DNA of 64,000 nt from an uncultured Planctomycetota bacterium. Lineage in GTDB: Bacteria; Planctomycetota; SKW154; DAOVDS01. The stretch lies in NCBI GenBank assembly GCA_964641955.1, contig CAZXNM010000018.1, positions 25,620-89,619 of the forward strand, given 5' to 3'. A model generated the notes under the pieces. That model was not told where the DNA came from and did no database searches. It was given only the letters and a program-made list of their open reading frames with translations. Position numbers and translations under genes: made by a program. Below are positions 37,458 to 47,947 of the stretch, piece after piece. How positions within the stretch are numbered: the stretch's first letter is position 1; the number at the start of each line of letters is the position of its first letter.

Positions 37458-40073
37458 GTGTTCTTCCTGGTGACGGACTTTCTCGGGAAGATGATAACGA
37501 AGATATTCGGCTCGGCCAACGAGCGCATGCTCAGGTCGATGGCGCCGATTGTGGAGGCGGTGTGCGAGCTCGAGCCGAAGATGAGCCGGCTGACGGACGA
37601 GGAGCTTCGCAACCTCACGCCGCACTTCAAGGAGCGCCTGGGGAAGGGCGAGACGCTCGACGACCTGCTGCCGGAGGCGTTCGCGGCGTGCCGCGAGTCG
37701 GCGCGGCGCAACATCCGCACGCAGGACGGCATGCCCATGCGCCACTTCGACGTGCAGGTAATCGGCGGGATTGTGCTGCACAGGGGCAGCATCGCCGAGA
37801 TGCAGACGGGCGAGGGAAAGACGCTCGTGGCGACGCTTGCGGCGTACCTGAACGCGCTCGGGACGAAGGGCGTGCATGTCGTCACGGTAAACGACTACCT
37901 CGCGAGGCGCGATGCGGAATGGATGGGGCCGGTGTACCGGGCGCTGGGGCTGACCGTCGGATTCATCCAGTCGCACATGCCCTACGACGAGCGCAAGACG
38001 GCCTACTCGTGCGATATAACCTACGGCACGAACAACGAGTTCGGATTCGACTACCTGCGCGACAACATGAAGATGGCCATCGAGGAGCAGGTGCAGGGCC
38101 ATCTCGGCTATGCCATTGTTGACGAGGTGGACTCGATACTCATAGACGAGGCGCGAACGCCGCTTATCATATCCGGCTCGGCCGAGAAGGCGACAGACCT
38201 CTACTACCAGGCCGACAAAGTAATCAAGCGCCTCCGCAAGGACATCGACTACGAAGTCAAGGAGAAGGACCACACCGTGACCCTCACCGACGAGGGGCAG
38301 GAGAAGGCGGAGGAGTTCGCGGGCATTCCCGGCCTCTACAACATCGAGGAAGACGACATCAAGGCGCACGAACTTCGCCACTGCATCGACCAGGCGCTCG
38401 TAGCGCACAATCTCTACCATCTCGACCAGCAGTACATTATCAAGGACGGTGAGGTGGTGATAGTGGACGAGTTCACCGGCCGGCTCATGCCGGGCCGGGT
38501 CTGGAGCGACGGCCTGCACCAGGCGGTCGCAGCCAAGGAGAACGTGAAAATCCGCGAGGAGACCCAGACGCTCGCGACCGTCACGCTGCAGAACTACTTC
38601 CGCATGTACGACAAGCTGGCGGGGATGACCGGTACGGCCCTGACCGAGGCGGTCGAGTTCATGAAGATATACAAGCTGGGCGTAACCACCATCCCGACCA
38701 ACCGCCCGCTCCTTCGCACAAACTACCCGGACGTCATATTTCGCACCAGGGATGAGAAGTGGAAGGCGGTCGTCGAAGAAATCTGGCGCCAGAACCAGGA
38801 GGGCAGGCCCGTCCTCGTCGGGACGCGCTCGGTCGAGGATTCCGAGCGGCTCTCGCGCATGCTCAAGAAGCGCGGCATAGTCAAACACGAGGTCCTCAAC
38901 GCCAAGCACCACGAGCGCGAGGCGCTCATCGTTACGAACGCCGGCCAGGAGGGGGCAGTCACAATCGCCACGAACATGGCGGGCCGCGGGACCGACATCG
39001 TGCTGGGCGAGGGCGTCGCGGAACTCGGCGGACTGCACATCATAGGAACCGAGCGCCACGAGGCGCGTCGAATCGACAACCAGCTTCGCGGGCGCTCGGG
39101 CCGCCAGGGCGACCCGGGCTCCAGCGTGTTCATCGTTTCGCTCGAAGACGACCTCATGCGCATCTTCGCGGGCGAGAGGGTCCGCAAGATACTCGGTTTC
39201 ATTGGCATGAAGGAAGGCGTCTCGATATCGCACGGCATGGTCTCCCGGGCGGTCGAGCGGGCGCAGAAGAAGGTCGAGGAACGCAACTTCGAGATTCGCA
39301 AGAACCTGCTCGACTACGATGAGGTGATGGACAAGCAGCGAAAGGGCGTCTATTCAAGCCGCCAGAAAATACTGCGCGGGGAGAGCCTTAAGGAGGACTT
39401 CGTTGTCCCGTGGCTGGAAGATTCGGTAGCCGCAACGGTGGAAGAGCATATCGGGGGCCATCTCGACAAGGACGAGCGGGACGTCGAGGTGCTCAAGAAG
39501 AAGCTCGAAGAGAAATACGGCCTGAAAGCACCGGCGAGCGCACTTGCCGGCGACCCCGGGGAAGTCGCCGAGAAGCTCACAAAGGCCGTCATCGAGGCAT
39601 ACGAGGCAAGGGAACGGACGGTCGGCCCCGAGACGATGCGCAGGATTGAATGCTGGGTAATGCTGCAGAAGCTCGACGAAAAATGGAAGGACCATCTCTA
39701 CTTCATGGACATCCTCAGGTCGAACATAGGCTTGGAGGCTTACGCGCAGAAGGACCCCAAGGTTCAGTACATTATCAAGGGTTCTCAGGCGTTCGAGGAC
39801 ATGCTGGACTCGTGGCGCGAGGAGGTGGTGGAGCTTGTCCCGCGCGTGAAGCTCAGAGATGAGGAAGAAACGCCGGAGACCGTCTGGAACGTCACCGACT
39901 ACTCCGGAACTTCGTGGTCGAGCGAGCAGGCCATGCGCGAGGCCGCGATGGAGGCCGCGAGCGGCGAAGAAGGTATCGAGCCAATTAAGGCAGAGCGCAA
40001 GGTGGGTCGCAACGACCCGTGCCCGTGCGGCAGCGGGAAAAAGTACAAGAAATGCTGCGGCCGGACGCAGTAG
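37458..40073 (+). CDS. secA: Preprotein translocase ATPase SecA
   Basis: EMQTGEGKT, IVDEVDSILIDEARTPLIISG, RRIDNQLRGRSGRQGDPG, and C-terminal SEC-C motif GRNDPCPCGSGKKYKKCC. Confidence 0.98.
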   Translation: MFFLVTDFLGKMITKIFGSANERMLRSMAPIVEAVCELEPKMSRLTDEELRNLTPHFKERLGKGETLDDLLPEAFAACRESARRNIRTQDGMPMRHFDVQVIGGIVLHRGSIAEMQTGEGKTLVATLAAYLNALGTKGVHVVTVNDYLARRDAEWMGPVYRALGLTVGFIQSHMPYDERKTAYSCDITYGTNNEFGFDYLRDNMKMAIEEQVQGHLGYAIVDEVDSILIDEARTPLIISGSAEKATDLYYQADKVIKRLRKDIDYEVKEKDHTVTLTDEGQEKAEEFAGIPGLYNIEEDDIKAHELRHCIDQALVAHNLYHLDQQYIIKDGEVVIVDEFTGRLMPGRVWSDGLHQAVAAKENVKIREETQTLATVTLQNYFRMYDKLAGMTGTALTEAVEFMKIYKLGVTTIPTNRPLLRTNYPDVIFRTRDEKWKAVVEEIWRQNQEGRPVLVGTRSVEDSERLSRMLKKRGIVKHEVLNAKHHEREALIVTNAGQEGAVTIATNMAGRGTDIVLGEGVAELGGLHIIGTERHEARRIDNQLRGRSGRQGDPGSSVFIVSLEDDLMRIFAGERVRKILGFIGMKEGVSISHGMVSRAVERAQKKVEERNFEIRKNLLDYDEVMDKQRKGVYSSRQKILRGESLKEDFVVPWLEDSVAATVEEHIGGHLDKDERDVEVLKKKLEEKYGLKAPASALAGDPGEVAEKLTKAVIEAYEARERTVGPETMRRIECWVMLQKLDEKWKDHLYFMDILRSNIGLEAYAQKDPKVQYIIKGSQAFEDMLDSWREEVVELVPRVKLRDEEETPETVWNVTDYSGTSWSSEQAMREAAMEAASGEEGIEPIKAERKVGRNDPCPCGSGKKYKKCCGRTQ

Positions 40074-40085
40074 CCGAAGGTTGCC

Positions 40086-41378
40086 ATGGAATTCGTCCTG
40101 GATTCTCTTTACATAGCGCTTCTTGTGGTCGGCATGCCGCTTGTTCTTGCCAGCCGCAAGCTGCGAAGGGGGCTCTGGGTCCGGCTGAAGGCCGCACTCG
40201 GCGGGAGGCCACCGCAGTTCGACCCGGACCGCGGCGTGATACTCATACACTGTGTGAGCGTTGGCGAGGTCGCCGGCGCGGTCTCGCTGATTGAGGCTCT
40301 CGAAGACTCGTTCCCGCGCCACCAGGTGGTCGTCTCGACCACAACGCCGCAGGGCATGGAGACAGCGCGCAAGCGCCTTCCCGGCCGCGCGCTTGCTTAC
40401 TTCCCTTTCGACTTCTCACTCGGCGTGCGGAAATTCCTCGGGCAACTCTCGCCGGACCTCATTGTGCTCATGGAACTCGAGGCATGGCCCAATTTCCTCG
40501 CCGAAGCGAAGCGCCGCAGCGTTCCCGTGGTTCTGGCCAACGGGCGCCTGACGGAGCTGAGCCTGCGCCGGTACATGAAGTTCAGCTTCTTCCCGCGCGA
40601 GGTATTCAGCCGGATAGACCGGTTTCTTGTGCAGACCGAGGAATACGGGAAACGCTTCCTGCGCCTCGGCGTGCCGGAGTCGAAGATAATCTTGGCCGGC
40701 AATATCAAGTACGACTCGGTGCGTCTGAAGGCGGATGAAGAGAAGCTCGCCGCGCTTCGTAATTTATTCGGTCTGGGAAACGATGCCTTGACAATCGTCG
40801 GCGGCAGCACTTACGTCGAAGAGGAAAAGGCGCTCGCGGAGATATACAAGGACTTAAAAGGTTCCCGGCCCCGGCTGCGGCTCGTGCTCGCTCCGCGACA
40901 GCTTGACAGGCTTGGCGAGGTTATATCAGTCGTCGAACAGGCAGGGCTGAAGTACGCACTTCGCTCGAAGCTCGAGCGCGACAAACCGGCGGACCTCGGC
41001 GAGCGTGTGATTATCCTCGATACGGTCGGTGAGCTTGCAAACGCATACGGCCTTGCGGATGTGGCTTTCGTCGGGGGAAGCCTCATTGACCGCGGCGGGC
41101 ACAACATGGTCGAGCCTGCCGCGCTGGGCGTGCCGACGCTTTTCGGGCCTCATACCTACAATTTCAACGCGACGACGCGGTTTCTTCTCGACGCGCGCGG
41201 CGCGTTGATGGTGGGAGACCGTCACGAGCTGAAGCAGGTCATTATGCACTTGCTGGACAACCCGCAGGACCGCGAGGGAATGGGCAAAAACGCCGTCGCG
41301 GCAATCCGGCGCGAACAAGGCGCAGTCGAGAGACACATCGGCGAAATCAGGAACGTTCTGGAGCAGCATACCTGCTGA
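40086..41378 (+). CDS. waaA: 3-deoxy-D-manno-octulosonic acid (Kdo) transferase
   Basis: HCVSVGEV, PFDF, ELEAWPN, GNIKYD, LDTVGEL, FVGGSL and GGHNMVEPAA. Confidence 0.93.
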   Translation: MEFVLDSLYIALLVVGMPLVLASRKLRRGLWVRLKAALGGRPPQFDPDRGVILIHCVSVGEVAGAVSLIEALEDSFPRHQVVVSTTTPQGMETARKRLPGRALAYFPFDFSLGVRKFLGQLSPDLIVLMELEAWPNFLAEAKRRSVPVVLANGRLTELSLRRYMKFSFFPREVFSRIDRFLVQTEEYGKRFLRLGVPESKIILAGNIKYDSVRLKADEEKLAALRNLFGLGNDALTIVGGSTYVEEEKALAEIYKDLKGSRPRLRLVLAPRQLDRLGEVISVVEQAGLKYALRSKLERDKPADLGERVIILDTVGELANAYGLADVAFVGGSLIDRGGHNMVEPAALGVPTLFGPHTYNFNATTRFLLDARGALMVGDRHELKQVIMHLLDNPQDREGMGKNAVAAIRREQGAVERHIGEIRNVLEQHTC

Positions 41379-41379
41379 A

Positions 41380-42618
41380 TCACTGGTTCTGGATTTTGAT
41401 GATGGTCTCGGGCGGGTTGGCGGGGAAATCCTTGTTAGGGTGCTTCCACTTCGGGTATTTCTGCAGAATTTTCGCCCAGCAGTCCTCGCACCACTTGGGC
41501 GCGCCCTTCGGACCTGCCATTATACACTTGCCATCCTTGGAGCCGTCGTACTCGTCGCGCAGCTTGAACAGTAGGTGTCCCAGTTCGTGTGTGACCGTGT
41601 AGGGGTCTACCGTTCCGCCCGTGACAATCTTGCGGAAATCGCAGTAGGCATACGCTTTTGTGCCATCGGGAGTCTCCACGCGGTTTTCTTCAAGATTTTG
41701 AATCCACCAGTTACCTTTTTCGCACTTGTCGGTTATTACCGCCGTGGAGATGTAAGCCTGGCCTTCCGTGAGCTTCCAGAGATAGGCGGAGGCGCTTTTC
41801 ACCCGCCCCGCGAACTTCTCCAGCCACTCCTCCTCCACGTCCTGCTTGACATAAACCTGGGCGTCCCAGCACAGCATCTTGCCTTCAAGCTGCTTTTTCT
41901 TCTGCTCGAGCGCTTTTCTCTTTGCTTCGCGCTCGGCCTCCTGTTTCTTCAGCTTCTCGGCCTTCTCCGGAGTGACCCACTTGTTGTCGTGTCTTACGTA
42001 GCCCTTGGCCTTGTAGTATTCGTCTTCCGAGACCCACTTGCCTTCGAGCCTGCGGAAGCCTTTCTTGCGCATGTCGAGTTCTTCTTTCTTGACCCACTCG
42101 CCGCGATACTTGATGAAACCGGTCTTGAGCTTTTCGGCCTCTTCCTTCAGAACCCATTTGCCTTCGTATTTGACGTATCCTTCGGATTTCTTGTACTCTT
42201 CCTGCGTAAGCCATTTGCCGCCCTTGCGGACATAGCCGAGTTCGCATCGCGCGTAGTCGTGGTTCGGGTCTATTTTTATGACTTTCTCGAACTCTTTTTT
42301 GGCTTCGTCGTACATGCCGACGTTGCGCAGCCACACGCCGAGATTGTAGTGGGCCGTGGCATCGTCGTCTTTTATCTGCTTGAGACGCTCCTGGTACATC
42401 TCCTTTAGCGAGCCGCCTTCCTCGATATAGTCCACGTCATCGGTGCTCACTGTAGTGACGCCGTGAGGGGTACGGACGACGAGCTTGTCGAGGTCGCGCT
42501 TGATTATCTTGCCCTTGATTACGCCGCCGGTGTTGAGATAGATGATGTCGCCGGCGCAAACCGCGCACAGGAACAGCACAAGCCCCCCGACAAGCAGCGC
42601 CGATTTAATATTCCCCAT
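41380..42618 (-). CDS. Secreted metzincin-like zinc peptidase with an N-terminal beta module, TPR and GxW repeats; paralog 1
   Basis: Signal peptide, DIIYLNTGGVIKGKII, HELGHLLFKLRDEY, and Met-turn-like CIM. Confidence 0.78.
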   Translation of the reverse strand: MGNIKSALLVGGLVLFLCAVCAGDIIYLNTGGVIKGKIIKRDLDKLVVRTPHGVTTVSTDDVDYIEEGGSLKEMYQERLKQIKDDDATAHYNLGVWLRNVGMYDEAKKEFEKVIKIDPNHDYARCELGYVRKGGKWLTQEEYKKSEGYVKYEGKWVLKEEAEKLKTGFIKYRGEWVKKEELDMRKKGFRRLEGKWVSEDEYYKAKGYVRHDNKWVTPEKAEKLKKQEAEREAKRKALEQKKKQLEGKMLCWDAQVYVKQDVEEEWLEKFAGRVKSASAYLWKLTEGQAYISTAVITDKCEKGNWWIQNLEENRVETPDGTKAYAYCDFRKIVTGGTVDPYTVTHELGHLLFKLRDEYDGSKDGKCIMAGPKGAPKWCEDCWAKILQKYPKWKHPNKDFPANPPETIIKIQNQ

Positions 42619-42633
42619 TAGCAGCGTCTCTGC

Positions 42634-43911
42634 TCAGTTGTTTGTGATGGTTATCTTGGTTTCCGGCGGCTCGCCGAAGTCCTGCCCGGGCTGCGTTGGC
42701 CTTTTCAGACCCGGGTATTTCTTAAGAATAGTTTCCCAGCAGCCTGACCCTTTGCTCGGGTCACGGGTCTTACCTGTGCAGTACATGAACTTCATATGCC
42801 TTGCGCCGTCGCCTGCATTCATGATGCAGTCAACCTGCTCGCCGTAATGGTCGGGCAGGCCGAACTTAGCATGGCCGAACTCGTGGACGAAAGTCAGAAT
42901 AAGGCATTTCCCGCCGACGAACATGCGTCGGCCCGGCTCCGCGTATCCGTAAGCGGTTTTGCCATCTTTGGTCTGGACCTTGTTCTGGTCGAGGTTCTTT
43001 ACCACGACGTCGCCGTCCGATTTCTTGTCGTATATGTGCGCTTCGGCAATATAGATGCCGCCTCCGGTCATATCCCAGATTTTCGCGGAGGCTTCCTGCA
43101 CTATTTTTCCGAAACGTTCGAGGTGCATGTCTTGCGCGTCCGGTTCGAACGAGCATCGAATCTTGAACGCCATCTTGATCTGCTTTGACAGCTTGAGCAT
43201 CTTCTCCCGGCGCTCGCGCTCTTCCTCGGCCTTCTTGATTTTTTCGAGCTGTTCGGGTCTGACCCACTTGTCCTTGTACTTGACGTATCCCTTTGCCTTG
43301 AAGTATTCGTCCTTTGAGACCCACTTGCTGCCGAGTTTGCGGAAGCCCTTCCTGGCCATTTCGAGGTCTTCCTTCTTAATCCATTCATCAGCGTACTTGA
43401 CGAAGCCTGCCTTGAGCTTCTGATGTTCTTCTTTCGTGACCCAATTCCCCTCGTACTTGACCAGCCCCATGGCCTTGTTGTATTCGTCCTCGCTCATCCA
43501 TTTGCCCTTGTGCTTGCGGTGGCCGAGTTCCATTCGGGCGAAGTAATGGTCGGGATTCAGTTTTATGGCTTTTTCGAACATCTGCTTCGCTTCTTCGGCG
43601 AGGCCGACGCTCTGGGCCCAGCCGCCCAGCTCGACGCAGGCATCTGCGTTGTCCTTCTTGAGCTTCTTCAGCCGCTGCTGGAATATCTCCTTGTCGGTGC
43701 CTCTCTCGATGAATTCGACGTCGTCCCTGTTGACCGGGATGGGGCCGTACTTGGTCTTGACTATGTATCTGTCGTCATCCTCTTCTATAATCTTGCCTTT
43801 GACTACTCCGCCCGTGTTGAGGTAGATTATGTCCGCCGAGGCTGCTCCCACCAGCCCGAGAAGCATGACGACGAGCGCAATCCAGCGCAGAGAGATGTTT
43901 CCAGACTCCAT
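42634..43911 (-). CDS. Secreted metzincin-like zinc peptidase; paralog 2
   Basis: ATG 43911, signal peptide, DIIYLNTGGVVKGKII, HEFGHAKFGLPDHY, and CIM. Confidence 0.78.
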   Translation of the reverse strand: MESGNISLRWIALVVMLLGLVGAASADIIYLNTGGVVKGKIIEEDDDRYIVKTKYGPIPVNRDDVEFIERGTDKEIFQQRLKKLKKDNADACVELGGWAQSVGLAEEAKQMFEKAIKLNPDHYFARMELGHRKHKGKWMSEDEYNKAMGLVKYEGNWVTKEEHQKLKAGFVKYADEWIKKEDLEMARKGFRKLGSKWVSKDEYFKAKGYVKYKDKWVRPEQLEKIKKAEEERERREKMLKLSKQIKMAFKIRCSFEPDAQDMHLERFGKIVQEASAKIWDMTGGGIYIAEAHIYDKKSDGDVVVKNLDQNKVQTKDGKTAYGYAEPGRRMFVGGKCLILTFVHEFGHAKFGLPDHYGEQVDCIMNAGDGARHMKFMYCTGKTRDPSKGSGCWETILKKYPGLKRPTQPGQDFGEPPETKITITNN

Positions 43912-44010
43912 GCGTCTGCCCCTTTCAGAAGGCATAATGAGTTGATATCTGGCTGTCTATTATTATCATGCCGCTGAAGTCACATGCGTTAAGTCACTGA
44001 AATGTAACTT

Positions 44011-45426
44011 CTACTTTCCCAGGACCCTTATCTGAAGCGAGTTCGTTGTGCCCGATGTGCCGATTGGCAGTCCGGCGGTGAAGATGACGGCATCTCCCTT
44101 CTTCGCGAGCCCTCGTGCCGAAACTGCCTGCTCGGCGCTGGCAATCATTTCCTCGAAGTATTTGCGGTTCTCCGTCCTGACGGGACAGACCCCGAAATAG
44201 AGCGCCATACGCCTGAGAGAGGTGGCGTGAGGGCTGAGGCCGGCTATGGGTGTGACCGGGCGATACTTGGACATGAGCAGCGCGGTCCGGCCCGTTATGG
44301 TGAATATTCCGATAAGGGCGGCGTCAGCGTCGCGGGCGACCTGATAGACGCCGTGGCAGACTGCGTCGCTGACGGGCGAATCCTTGCTTATCTGCGTGTG
44401 CGGCTCGGAGCTGCAGGTTTCCCGGAGGTACTTCTCCGCCCGCTGCGCTATCCTGTCCATCATCTGGACCGACCGGACCGGGTATTCGCCCACCGCAGTC
44501 TCGCCGGAGAGCATCACGCAGTCGGTCCCGTCGATAATGGCATTTGCGACGTCGGAGGCTTCGGCGCGGGTGGGGCGTGCGTTGTGGGTCATGGATTCGA
44601 GCATCTGGGTCGCTGTTATGACGGGCTTGTCCATTTCGTTGCACTTGCGAATGAGCGACTTCTGCACTTCCGGCACGGCTTCCGGGTTCATCTCGACGCC
44701 GAGGTCACCGCGCGCCACCATTATCCCGTCGGACGCTTCGATAATGTCGCCTATGACGTCGAGCGCTTCCGGCTTCTCGATTTTTGCGATTACCCGCGCG
44801 GAGCCGCTATGCTCCGTAACGAGTTCCTTTACTTCCTTGACGTCTTCGGGACTCCTGACGAATGAAAGGGCGATGTAGTCAATCTCGTGCTCGACACCCC
44901 ATCTAAGGAACTCCCTGTCTCGCATCCCGAGTGTAGGCGCGGATACTGTGGTGCCGGGCAGGTTGATGCCTTTCCTCGAAGTCACGACCCCGCCTTCGAT
45001 GACTTTGCATTGCAGGCGGTCCCCGCTCTTCTCTACGACGGTCAGCTCGATATTGCCATCATCAATCAGGATTCTCGCGCCTTCGGCGACGTCCGAGACA
45101 ATCTGCTCGTACTGCACGGGGAGGACGTTCGGTTCCGACACTGTGCCTGCCGCAAGCTGAATATCCTGTCCGTTTTCGAGGGTGACGGGCGCGGCGAGGT
45201 CGCCGATTCTTATTTTCGGCCCCGGCAGGTCCTGGAGGACAGCGACGTATGCGTCCAGCTTCTCCGACATGTCTCGCACGGTTTGAAGGGTCTTCTCGTG
45301 CTCTTCAGGCTTTCCATGCGAGAAATTGAGCCTGAACGCGTTCGCGCCTGCTTCTATGAGTTTGCCTATAATTTCCGGGCTTGAGCTGGCAGGCCCGAGC
45401 GTCGCGATTATCTTTGTCTTTCTCAT
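44011..45426 (-). CDS. pyk: Pyruvate kinase
   Basis: RKTKIIATLGPAS, RLNFSHG, DLPGPKIR, AKIEK, DGIMVARGDLGVE, TATQMLESM and MLSGETA. Confidence 0.98.
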   Translation of the reverse strand: MRKTKIIATLGPASSSPEIIGKLIEAGANAFRLNFSHGKPEEHEKTLQTVRDMSEKLDAYVAVLQDLPGPKIRIGDLAAPVTLENGQDIQLAAGTVSEPNVLPVQYEQIVSDVAEGARILIDDGNIELTVVEKSGDRLQCKVIEGGVVTSRKGINLPGTTVSAPTLGMRDREFLRWGVEHEIDYIALSFVRSPEDVKEVKELVTEHSGSARVIAKIEKPEALDVIGDIIEASDGIMVARGDLGVEMNPEAVPEVQKSLIRKCNEMDKPVITATQMLESMTHNARPTRAEASDVANAIIDGTDCVMLSGETAVGEYPVRSVQMMDRIAQRAEKYLRETCSSEPHTQISKDSPVSDAVCHGVYQVARDADAALIGIFTITGRTALLMSKYRPVTPIAGLSPHATSLRRMALYFGVCPVRTENRKYFEEMIASAEQAVSARGLAKKGDAVIFTAGLPIGTSGTTNSLQIRVLGK

Positions 45427-45455
45427 TTTTCCACCAGGTGTCCGAAGGGAGTCTC

Positions 45456-46655
45456 CTACTCGTCGAGTTCGGCCAGCTTGCGTGCAGCGTCACGCGCCTC
45501 GGATGAGTCCGGGAATTCGTCCACAAGCCGCTGGAGTATCTGCCGCGCCGCATCCTTCATGCCTGAATCCAGATACCTGGAGGCTTTCGCCATGAGGCTT
45601 TGCGGCGTGTCCTCCTTCTTCTCTGGCGGAGTCTCCTTCGCCTCGCCGGGCTCCGCTTTCTTCGGAGTCACTTTGGGAGCGGGCTCCTTCGCATCGAGCT
45701 TGTCGAGAGCTGCTTTGGCCTTATCGGCTACTGGTGTGTCCTTGAAGGCGGACATTACCTTCTTGAGGAGCTTTTTCGCCTTTGAGCTGCTCTTCTCGGC
45801 GGCGCTGAGGGCTTCCTCGATTTCCTTGCCGCCGAGTTCTTCTATCTGTTTCATGCCGGACTGGGCCTCTTCCTTCTTCACGCCCGTGGCCAGCGCCTCC
45901 TTGTAAGCTTTGTAGGCCTTGTCGTAATCTTTTTTCTCGAAGGCATTTTTTGCCTCTTCGAGCTTCTCTTTCGCAACAAGTTCGGGCGGGTCTTTAGGCG
46001 GGTGCTTTTTTACCCATTCCCACGCCTGCCGGTTGTACTGAGGGTTATAGGCGTGGCCCTGGCCGGGTATTTCCTTGTACCAGACGGGCCAGCCGGCGGC
46101 CTTGAGCGTCTCGTGTAATTTTCGCGTGCCATCCACCTTGATGTTGCCGTCCTTCTCGCCGTGAACGAGTGCCACCGGTATCTTGCGGGGGCCCAGCGCG
46201 GGACCGCTGCAGCCGGCGTAGGTAATAATGCCGGCGAAGTAGTCGCTGTTCGGTATTCCAATGCGGCAGGAATGGCATGCGCCCGCGGAGTAGCCGCCGA
46301 TATAGATGCGCTTACTGTCAATCCTGTACTTCTTCGCGACCTCTTTAACAAGGGCCTTGATGAAGTCGATGCCTTCGTTCTCGTTGTCGCGCCACGCCGC
46401 AGCCTGATTGAGCGAGTTGGGGCCGACACAGAGGACCCCGTCCGGGTGGACAATCTTCGTCCATCTCCCGGCAGCCATTCCCCCGTTCCCGCCGTTGCAG
46501 TGCAGAGTAACGAAGACGCCGAGCGGCCTAGATGATCTCGGTGCTGAGACCACGTAGGTTCTCTGTCGCCCCTTGAACGTGAACGAGTCTGCCATGAGAG
46601 GCGATGTGAAGAGCAGGATGGCAATCACAACCGCAAGCGTTGTCAGGCGTTTCAT
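45456..46655 (-). CDS. Secreted serine esterase (PHB-depolymerase/phospholipase-like alpha/beta fold) with a C-terminal TPR-like region
   Basis: ATG 46655, signal peptide, GYSAG nucleophile, HGEKDG Asp and GQGHAY His. Confidence 0.82.
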   Translation of the reverse strand: MKRLTTLAVVIAILLFTSPLMADSFTFKGRQRTYVVSAPRSSRPLGVFVTLHCNGGNGGMAAGRWTKIVHPDGVLCVGPNSLNQAAAWRDNENEGIDFIKALVKEVAKKYRIDSKRIYIGGYSAGACHSCRIGIPNSDYFAGIITYAGCSGPALGPRKIPVALVHGEKDGNIKVDGTRKLHETLKAAGWPVWYKEIPGQGHAYNPQYNRQAWEWVKKHPPKDPPELVAKEKLEEAKNAFEKKDYDKAYKAYKEALATGVKKEEAQSGMKQIEELGGKEIEEALSAAEKSSSKAKKLLKKVMSAFKDTPVADKAKAALDKLDAKEPAPKVTPKKAEPGEAKETPPEKKEDTPQSLMAKASRYLDSGMKDAARQILQRLVDEFPDSSEARDAARKLAELDE

Positions 46656-46677
46656 AGGGGACCCTCCGCGAAACGTG

Positions 46678-47814
46678 TTACTTGCTCTTACCTTCGGAAG
46701 CTTGCAGCGCCTTGGCGCGCTCCTGCGCCGCCGCTGCCTCGGGCGCATCCTTGTATTTCTTGGCAAAGGCGGCGTATTCCTTCACTGTTTTCTTGGCAGA
46801 GCTGCCCTTCAGGTCGCTCTCGAAGGCTTTCTCGATTTTTTTCCTGCGTTGCTGCGTCTTCTTCAGAGTCTTTTCAAGCTCCTTGTAATTATCAAGCTTC
46901 TCGAGTTCCGCGAGCTTGTCGGTGAACATCTTCTCGTGTTCGGTGTCCTTGAAGTCTTCCGCGCCGAACGAGGCGCATTCAAGCGCACCGGCGTCGTTTC
47001 CGGCAAGGGTTTTCTCGGCCGAGGCCAGGTGTGCCTTGAGTGCTTCGTCGAAGGATTTAGAGGCCTCCTCTATTTTCTTGTATTTCCTTTGCATGCGAAC
47101 GTCGTCGGTTTTTTCGGGCTTAAGCTTTTCGGCCTTCTTGCGCGCTTCGAGAGCCTGGCCCCACAGGCCGAACTTTGGCCCCCATACAAGGGCAAGCTCG
47201 GTTTCCCCGAAGGGCTTGAGCTTCTTGGCGTATTTTTCTTCGAACGAGTAATTCTGCGACACCCACTGCTTCTGGCTCTTGGCCTCGACGAACTCGATGG
47301 GCACCGACTCGAGCATCTCGAACTTGTTGACGGAGAAATGCAAGTGCGGCGTGCCCGTCCCGGACGCGCCGGAGTAGGCCACGACGTCGCCCTGGAAGAC
47401 AAAATCACCGAGCCTGGGGATGACACCCTTGTTCTTGAGGTGCAGGTAGCACGTGCACATGCCATCCGCGTGCTGGATTATGAGGGAGTTCTGCTTTCCG
47501 CCCCGGTCGGGTCCGGATTCGATGATTTTTATGACGATACCGTCAGCCGACGCGCAGACGGGGGAGCCTATGCGCATGGAGAAGTCTATGGCGTGCTTGT
47601 TCTGCAGCACGGTATGGCTTGCGCCGCCGGGGAGTTGTCCGAAACTCTTTCCGGCGGGGAAGGGGAGGTAGAATTTCGCCGGGGTGGTCTTCGGAACGTC
47701 CGCAGGCCACTTGCCGCCGTAAAACTCGCCTTCCTCGTCGCCTTCACCTGCAGTCGCAGCACCCGCGCACAGGCATGCCGCCAGTAATGCCAGAAATATA
47801 CCTGATAGCCTCAT
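46678..47814 (-). CDS. Secreted M23-family metallopeptidase with a helical C-terminal extension
   Basis: ATG 47814 (SD GGAGG). LPF...SH...AIDF, YLHL, VFQGDVVAYSGASG and PHLHF. Confidence 0.85.
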   Translation of the reverse strand: MRLSGIFLALLAACLCAGAATAGEGDEEGEFYGGKWPADVPKTTPAKFYLPFPAGKSFGQLPGGASHTVLQNKHAIDFSMRIGSPVCASADGIVIKIIESGPDRGGKQNSLIIQHADGMCTCYLHLKNKGVIPRLGDFVFQGDVVAYSGASGTGTPHLHFSVNKFEMLESVPIEFVEAKSQKQWVSQNYSFEEKYAKKLKPFGETELALVWGPKFGLWGQALEARKKAEKLKPEKTDDVRMQRKYKKIEEASKSFDEALKAHLASAEKTLAGNDAGALECASFGAEDFKDTEHEKMFTDKLAELEKLDNYKELEKTLKKTQQRRKKIEKAFESDLKGSSAKKTVKEYAAFAKKYKDAPEAAAAQERAKALQASEGKSK

Positions 47815-47947
47815 CTCGACCGCCTCCATATTCCCACGTCTAAGTGTATCTGCAGTCCGGCCTGCGGTCAAACTCTTTCAGCATTTGCTTGCGCGGTTGA
47901 GAGATTCAAGCTATGATGCATATAGGCGGTTATGGGAGTCTCCGACC

